Source: Dehalococcoidia bacterium (GTDB lineage Bacteria; Chloroflexota; Dehalococcoidia; UBA2979). From it: 64,000 bases of DNA. Positions 58,293 through 64,000 of the stretch are shown here, in pieces. The stretch is from the NCBI GenBank assembly GCA_965262725.1, contig OZ253555.1, positions 2,624,001 to 2,688,000 of the forward strand, in the 5' to 3' direction. Below the pieces are notes generated by a model. That model worked only from the letters and a program-made list of their open reading frames with translations. It was not told the DNA's origin and searched no databases. The translations under genes and the position numbers were made by a program. Every line of letters starts with the position of its first letter. Within the stretch, counting starts at the first letter, position 1.

Positions 58293-58994
58293 ATGGCGAC
58301 CTTCGTCCTCGTGCATGGTGCGGGCCACGGCGGATGGGCATGGCAGCGCCTCACGCCGCTGCTGCGAGCCGCCGGGCACGAGGTGCACGCCCCCACGTTG
58401 ACCGGCCTGGGCGAGCGCTCCCATCTCGCCTCCGACACCATCGACCTGGACACACACGTCACCGACCTCCTGAGCGTGCTCTTCTTCGAGGATGTGCGCG
58501 ACGCGGTGCTCGTCGGGCACAGCTATGGTGGCGTCGTCATCGCCGCCGCGGCGCACCGCGATCCCTCGCGCGTCGGGCGCCTGGTCTACCTCGACGCGCC
58601 GGTGCCGGCCGACGGCGGGCGCAGCGTCGACCTGCTGGCGCCGGAACACCGCGACGAGCGCGGACAGCGACCGCCCCCGCCGCCGGAGGAGCGCATGGCC
58701 CGCCTCGGCATCACCGACGCCGCCGACCAGGCCTGGGTCGGCGAGCGGCTGCGGCCTCAGCCCCCGGGTCCCCAGCTCCAGTCGCTCCGGCTCTCCAACC
58801 CGCAGGCTGCCGCGCTCCCGCGCACGCTCATCTTCTTCGAACGCACCCCCGAGAACTTCCCGGCCGCGCTCTACCGGCGGCGCCTCGACGCCGGCGGCGA
58901 CGACGACTACGTCGTGCTCGACGAGGGACACGACGCGATGCTGACCGCGCCGGAGCGTGTTTCCGAGCTGCTGTTGCCGCTCGCCGATAGCTAG
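58293..58994 (+). CDS. Alpha/beta hydrolase (esterase)
   Basis: FVLVHGAGHGGW, GHSYGG, GHDAM. Confidence 0.9.
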   Translation: MATFVLVHGAGHGGWAWQRLTPLLRAAGHEVHAPTLTGLGERSHLASDTIDLDTHVTDLLSVLFFEDVRDAVLVGHSYGGVVIAAAAHRDPSRVGRLVYLDAPVPADGGRSVDLLAPEHRDERGQRPPPPPEERMARLGITDAADQAWVGERLRPQPPGPQLQSLRLSNPQAAALPRTLIFFERTPENFPAALYRRRLDAGGDDDYVVLDEGHDAMLTAPERVSELLLPLADS

Positions 58995-59035
58995 CCCCGG
59001 CGAACCGGCCCGGGGAACGCGAGGAAGGAAGAACG

Positions 59036-59365
59036 ATGCAGGTCGTAGTCAGCCAGGCGCACGCGCTCGACGCCGGGGAGCACGCCGACGAGTACGTGCG
59101 GCTCTCCGGGGAGTTCACCGCGTTCATGCGCCGACACCCAGGATTCCTCGGCCGGCGGCTGCTGCGCTCCCTCGAGGATCCCACGCATTTCACGCATCTG
59201 CGGCTCTTCGACTCCATCGCCTCCTACGAGGAGCTCACGGAGACGCCGGGCTACCACGAGCGGATCGCGGAGATGGCGGCACACGTGCACCAGCCGGAGG
59301 GCGGTCCGCCCCGCGAATACTTCGAGGTCGCGATCGACGAGGACCCGCTTCCGCCGCCCCGGTAG
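59036..59365 (+). CDS. Antibiotic biosynthesis monooxygenase-like (ABM) protein
   Basis: HPGFLGRRLLRS pattern, 109 aa. Confidence 0.75.
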   Translation: MQVVVSQAHALDAGEHADEYVRLSGEFTAFMRRHPGFLGRRLLRSLEDPTHFTHLRLFDSIASYEELTETPGYHERIAEMAAHVHQPEGGPPREYFEVAIDEDPLPPPR

Positions 59366-59423
59366 GACGACGCCGATGGCGCGCCCGTCGCTCCCGCGCC
59401 GTACTCGCCACGCGGGCGGTCTG

Positions 59424-59822
59424 TTAGCCGCCGCCCATGATCCGCTCCACGGCGATCTCGATCGCGATGCGTCCCTCACGCTCGCCGGGGGTGCCGAAGC
59501 GCGCGCTGTACGCCTCGACCGCGCGGGCCACGCCAGCGGGATCGCGCACGACCCGGCCGCGCCCCTCCAGCGTGAGCCACCGCCCCCCGTCGACCTGGCA
59601 GAGCACGGCCCGACCGGCGCCACCCGCCTCCTCCAGGTTCCGCGCCCTGCGGGCCCCCTCGAAGGTGATGATGCGCGCGGTCCGGCTCGCAGCGTCGTAG
59701 CCGAATCCGACAGGAGCCACGTGCAGGCTGCCGTCGGGCCGCTGCGTGCTGAGCGTTGCGACGTGCCTCTCCGCGAGGAAGGTCAGCACCGCCTCCGGCA
59801 GCCTCTCGATGTCCAGCGCCAT
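59424..59822 (-). CDS. PPOX-class (putative F420-dependent) oxidoreductase
   Basis: ATLSTQRPDGSLHVAPVGF, CQVDGGRWLTLEG. Confidence 0.85.
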   Translation of the reverse strand: MALDIERLPEAVLTFLAERHVATLSTQRPDGSLHVAPVGFGYDAASRTARIITFEGARRARNLEEAGGAGRAVLCQVDGGRWLTLEGRGRVVRDPAGVARAVEAYSARFGTPGEREGRIAIEIAVERIMGGG

Positions 59823-59974
59823 CAGACCCTCCATCAGTCCGTGCCGCCCGCGCCGCGCCGGCGGCGGGGCGTTCCCCGCCCCGCGGCGGCCCGGCCTCGC
59901 ACGCCGGCGTGCTCCTGCTACCATCCTCCGGGCCGGACACCGGCCCGGAAGCGGGAGCATAGGGGGCCCCTCGC

Positions 59975-60874
59975 ATGCGCGCAGGAATCCAGGGCCTCGG
60001 ATGGCTCGTGCGGCGCACCGCCGACCCCCAGGGCCTCGGCGCCTTCTACCGCGACGTAGTCGGACTTCCCGTCCTGCGCACGCACGGCGCGACCACCGTG
60101 TTCTGGTGCGGGGAGACGGTGGTGATGGGGATCAACGAGGGCGGCCGGCCGCAGCGGCGCTACCGCGACCGCAGCGAGGCGCCGTTCATGCCCGTCTTCC
60201 GCGTGCGATCGATGGAGCGCGCGACCACGCTGCTCCGCGAGCGCGGCGTGGAGTTCGTCAACGACCCATTTCCGATCGGGGGCGGGGAGGGCATCCTCGC
60301 CTACTTCCGGGATCCCGGCGGCCACATCACCGGCCTCCAGGAGCGGAACGAAGTGAGCGGGCGGCCCAAGGATGTGGAGTGGCGCAGGCGGCGCGACTCG
60401 GGCGAGCTCGCCGTGCACGACGCGCCCGATCTCGACGGGGAGATCGACGGGCTCGGATGGATCGTCGTGCGCTGCACCGACCTTCCCCGGCAGGTCGCCT
60501 TCTACCGCGACATCCTGGGCTTCGACCTGCTGATGCAGGGCGAGCGCGCCGCCCTGCTCGACATCGGGGGAACGATGACGCTCGAGGTCGCGCTCGGCTG
60601 CCCGCCCGAACCCCTCCCCACCGATCGCGGTGAGGTCCCGGACACCTTCGTGCTGCGTGTCGACGACGCCACGGCGCTGGGGGCCGAGCTCGAGGCGGTC
60701 GGCGTGCGCCGCGTCGGCCCGACCCACCGCACCGAGGACGGCGGGGGCTCCATCCACTACTACCTGGACCCGGAGAACCACCTCGTCGGCATCCAGACCC
60801 GCTCCGCAGAGAGCACACGCATGGAGGACATCGAGGCCAGACGCCGCCGGGCGCTCGGGCCCGTCGTGACCTAG
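59975..60874 (+). CDS. Two-domain VOC/glyoxalase family protein
   Basis: Repeated AFYRD..G and YFRDPGGH/YYLDPENH modules. Confidence 0.85.
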   Translation: MRAGIQGLGWLVRRTADPQGLGAFYRDVVGLPVLRTHGATTVFWCGETVVMGINEGGRPQRRYRDRSEAPFMPVFRVRSMERATTLLRERGVEFVNDPFPIGGGEGILAYFRDPGGHITGLQERNEVSGRPKDVEWRRRRDSGELAVHDAPDLDGEIDGLGWIVVRCTDLPRQVAFYRDILGFDLLMQGERAALLDIGGTMTLEVALGCPPEPLPTDRGEVPDTFVLRVDDATALGAELEAVGVRRVGPTHRTEDGGGSIHYYLDPENHLVGIQTRSAESTRMEDIEARRRRALGPVVT

Positions 60875-60909
60875 GGCCGGAGCGGGCGCGAGCCGGAGGG
60901 GGGAGATCC

Positions 60910-61860
60910 GTGGCGGACGTGCAGACGGCGACGGGACCGGTCGATGCCAGCGAGCTGGGCGTCACGCTCTCCCACGAGCACCTCTTCATCCACTCGACGG
61001 GCCTCCAGCACCAGTACCCCTGGCTCTACGACCGGGAGGCCGCCATCGAGCACGTGGCGCTCGAGCTGAAGGATGCGGCCGACGCGGGAGTCGGTACGCT
61101 CATCGACGTCACGACGCCGGATCTTGGCCGCGACGTCGAGATGCTCGCCGAGGTATCGCGCCGCTCGGGTGTCCGGGTGATCGTCGCGACGGGGATCTGG
61201 CTTGAGATCCCACGCCTCTTCCAGCAGCGCTGGGACGGGCGGAATGGCGCCGACGCCGACGAGACGGCCGAGATCTTCGCGCGCGAGATCGAGCGCGGCG
61301 CGGCCGGCACGTCGGTGCGCGCCGGCGTCATCAAGGTGGCGAACAACCGACCGCCCGGGATCGGCGAGCCGGAGGAGACGATCCTGCGGGGCGCGGCGCG
61401 CGCCGCGCGCCGCACGAACGTGCCGATCTCAACGCACACGAGCCCCTACGACATCGGGCGCGACCAGATGCGCGTCTTCGCCGACGAGGAGGTGCCGCCT
61501 CATCTCGTCGCCATCGGCCACGCCTTCACCGACGACCTCGACTATCTGCGCGCCGTGCTGTCCGCCGGCCACTACCTCTCGATCGACCACTTCGGGCGCG
61601 ACCGGGAGGAGGAGCCGGCAGTGCTCGACGCCGTCGCGGCGCTCTGCGCCGAGGGCCACGCCCCGCGGCTGATGCTGGGCCACGACTGGGGCGGCGAGAT
61701 GGACTGGCGCCCGCACGGAGCGCACGAGCCGCCCTCCACCTGGCGCTATGTGCCGGAGCGCGGTCGCGCGGAGCTCGAGCGCCGGGGCGTCTCCCAGGAC
61801 GACATCGAGGCGACGCTCATCCGCGGTCCCGCGGCATTCCTCAGCGGGGACGCCCCGTGA
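60910..61860 (+). CDS. Phosphotriesterase-family amidohydrolase
   Basis: TLSHEH, GRD, GVIKVA, STHT, IGH, GHD metal ligands. Confidence 0.92.
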   Translation: MADVQTATGPVDASELGVTLSHEHLFIHSTGLQHQYPWLYDREAAIEHVALELKDAADAGVGTLIDVTTPDLGRDVEMLAEVSRRSGVRVIVATGIWLEIPRLFQQRWDGRNGADADETAEIFAREIERGAAGTSVRAGVIKVANNRPPGIGEPEETILRGAARAARRTNVPISTHTSPYDIGRDQMRVFADEEVPPHLVAIGHAFTDDLDYLRAVLSAGHYLSIDHFGRDREEEPAVLDAVAALCAEGHAPRLMLGHDWGGEMDWRPHGAHEPPSTWRYVPERGRAELERRGVSQDDIEATLIRGPAAFLSGDAP

Positions 61861-62375
61861 GCGGGCCGGAGAGGGAGCCACTCTCCGCGGCCGCGATCCG
61901 CGAGCAGATCGCCCGGGCGGGGGTGCGCTTCGTCGCCGCCCTCCCCGATATCACGACGAGCGAGCACGTGCTGAAGCCGATGCTCACCGACCCCTCCCTC
62001 CGCGTGGTGCAGGTGTGCAAGGAGGACGAGGGGCTGTCGATCTGCGCCGGGCTCTATGCGGGCGGCGAGCGCGCCGTTCTGATGATGCAGCACACGGGGC
62101 TGCTCGACTCGATCAACTGCCTCCGCGCCGTCGGCGTCGAGGGGGAGAATCCCGTCTGCATGCTCGTCGGCCTGCTGAGGAACGAGCCCGGCGTGCCGCC
62201 TTCGCAGTCGCCGCGCTACGGGCTCCGCATCGTGCAGCCAATCCTGGGCGCCATGGGCATCGAGAACGAGTTACTCGAGTTCGGGGGCGACGAGGAACGC
62301 ATCGGACCCGCCATCGACCGGGCCTACGAGCGCAGGCGCCCCGTCGTCCTGCTGATCGGAGGGGAGCCGGTCTGA
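61857..62375 (+). CDS. ThDP-dependent decarboxylase alpha subunit (ComD-like)
   Basis: ALPD, KEDEGLSICAG, MMQHTGL..SIN. Confidence 0.8.
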   Translation: MSGPEREPLSAAAIREQIARAGVRFVAALPDITTSEHVLKPMLTDPSLRVVQVCKEDEGLSICAGLYAGGERAVLMMQHTGLLDSINCLRAVGVEGENPVCMLVGLLRNEPGVPPSQSPRYGLRIVQPILGAMGIENELLEFGGDEERIGPAIDRAYERRRPVVLLIGGEPV

Positions 62376-62977
62376 TGACGATGAAACGCGACCAGATGCT
62401 GCGCGCCCTTGCACGGCACCGCACGGACGAGGTGGTGGTCGCTGTCTACCGCGCGGCCACCGAGCTCATTCACATCGATCCCTCAGAGCTGAACTACACC
62501 TTCAACGCCGCGATGGGGCAGGCCTCCTCGGCGGCTCTCGGCATCGCGCTGGCGCGACCTGATCGCAAGGTCGTGGTGCTCGATGGCGACGGGAGCTTGC
62601 TGATGAACCTCGGCACGCTCGTGACGATCGCCGATGCAGAGCCGGCGAACCTGCTGCACTGCGTCTGCTCCAACGGCACCTACGAGACGAACGGCGCGGT
62701 TCCCGTGCCGGGGTGGGGGCGAGCCTCGTTCCCCGATCTCGCGCTCGCCGCCGGCTACCGCGACGCGCGCCGCATCGACAGCGTCGAGGAGTGGGATCAG
62801 GCGCTGCCGGAGCTCCTCGCTGCGGAGGGGCCCGTGCTCGTCGACGTCGTCGTCGAGCCCGGCGAGGAGACCTGGCCCGACGACTTCCGCACGCTGCACT
62901 CCACCGAGAGGCGTGATCGCTTCATCGAAGCACTCGCCGCGGGCGCGCGACCGGCAACCGCCTCGGAGCGCCCGTGA
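62375..62977 (+). CDS. ThDP-dependent decarboxylase beta subunit (ComE-like)
   Basis: AMG, DGDGSLLMNLG...NGTYE ThDP-binding motif. Confidence 0.85.
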   Translation: MTMKRDQMLRALARHRTDEVVVAVYRAATELIHIDPSELNYTFNAAMGQASSAALGIALARPDRKVVVLDGDGSLLMNLGTLVTIADAEPANLLHCVCSNGTYETNGAVPVPGWGRASFPDLALAAGYRDARRIDSVEEWDQALPELLAAEGPVLVDVVVEPGEETWPDDFRTLHSTERRDRFIEALAAGARPATASERP

Positions 62978-62999
62978 CTCCCACCTCCTCGGCCGTCGC

Positions 63000-63953
63000 G
63001 TGTCCGGGGTGAGCGGGGCGGCGCTCCCGATCCGGGACCACGACCCCACTCGCGGATCCGCGCCTCTGGACGGGGTGCTGACCGCGATTGCGAGCGCGGT
63101 CTCCGAGGTCGACTCCCTTCTGCGCGCCGGCGCCCGGGATTCGGCCCGCACTGCGGCCCCCGGCTCGCGCAACGCCTTCGGCGATGAGCAGGTCGCCGAG
63201 GACCTCGAGGCCGACGAGATCTTCGCGAGGCATCTGGCAGGGGCGTCGGTGCGCGAGATCTTCTCCGAGGAGTCGCACCGCGTGCTCGCGACAGGTGCGC
63301 GCGGCGAGGCGTACCGGGTCGTTCTCGACCCGCTGGACGGCTCCTCCAACGTCGAGGTCGACGAGACCGTCGGGAGCATCTTCGGCGTGTACCCGGCAAC
63401 CGGTCCGTGGCCGGCGCCGGGTACGTCCCAGATCGCTGCGGGGTACGCCCTGTACGGGCTCCGAACGCTGCTGGTCATTGCGACGGGCGACGAGTACTAC
63501 GAACTGGCGCTGGATCTCACCGAGAGGTGCTACACGCTCACGGCGACGAGCCCTCCCGCGGCACTGCGAAGCGAGGGGGCGGTGTACAGCGTGAACGAGA
63601 GCCGGAGCTCCGGGTGGTCCGATGCGACACGGGAGGTCGCCCGCCGGCTCGGCCACGGCCGAAGCCTGAGATACGCCGGCTGCCTCGTAGCGGATTTCCA
63701 CCGCATTCTCCACAAGGGCGGGATCTTCGCGTACCCGTCCAACCGCGAACACCCGGACGGAAAGCTCCGGTTGCTCTACGAAGCGGCTCCTCTGGCGCTC
63801 ATCGCGCGTCGAGCCGGCGGCGGCGCGACGACGGGCTGCGAGGAGATCCTGGCCGTGAGGCCGCGAACTGTTGACGACCTCGTCCCTCTGTACATCGGCG
63901 GGGCGAGGGAGATCGGAATCGTGAGCGAGATGCTCGGAGGGCGGTCATCGTGA
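63000..63953 (+). CDS. fbp: Class I fructose-1,6-bisphosphatase
   Basis: NAFGDEQ, SEE, DPLDGSSN, RYAGCLVADFHR, GKLRLLYE; start uncertain (63000 or 63009). Confidence 0.88.
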   Translation: MSGVSGAALPIRDHDPTRGSAPLDGVLTAIASAVSEVDSLLRAGARDSARTAAPGSRNAFGDEQVAEDLEADEIFARHLAGASVREIFSEESHRVLATGARGEAYRVVLDPLDGSSNVEVDETVGSIFGVYPATGPWPAPGTSQIAAGYALYGLRTLLVIATGDEYYELALDLTERCYTLTATSPPAALRSEGAVYSVNESRSSGWSDATREVARRLGHGRSLRYAGCLVADFHRILHKGGIFAYPSNREHPDGKLRLLYEAAPLALIARRAGGGATTGCEEILAVRPRTVDDLVPLYIGGAREIGIVSEMLGGRSS

Positions 63954-64000
63954 GCACTCCAACGTCCGGCGTCGCCGTGAGGCTCGGGAGATTGCGCTCG

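Overview
High-GC bacterial chromosome segment. The gene content (CoA transferases, LLM and PPOX/F420-type oxidoreductases, crotonases, PAC2 protein, lspA-rluD-gltX) suggests Chloroflexota/Dehalococcoidia, which is an inference. Positions 1-6.3 kb are the right part of an integrative mobile element at the 3' end of tRNA-Glu(CTC). It carries a VirD4-like ATPase, a tandem replication-relaxation protein, an excisionase and a tyrosine integrase, then an MNT-HEPN toxin-antitoxin pair bracketed by two copies of what looks like the 5' end of a type I restriction (hsdR) gene. A compositionally distinct island (~15.9-27.8 kb, between gltX and the 3' end of tRNA-Gln) encodes a putative lipid/sterol handling set: LppX/LprG-like lipoprotein plus MFS, a Rieske oxygenase, an MMPL/RND transporter and an unusual GPP34(GOLPH3-like)-cytochrome P450 fusion, together with an IS256 element and a solo IS end. 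The remainder is housekeeping and catabolic: seven tRNAs in total, an Aap/Bzt amino-acid ABC transporter, an acyl-CoA metabolism cluster, many oxidoreductases and hydrolases, and a phosphotriesterase-ComDE-like-FBPase operon. No CRISPR array or rRNA was seen. All family assignments come from motif recognition by eye, not from database searches.
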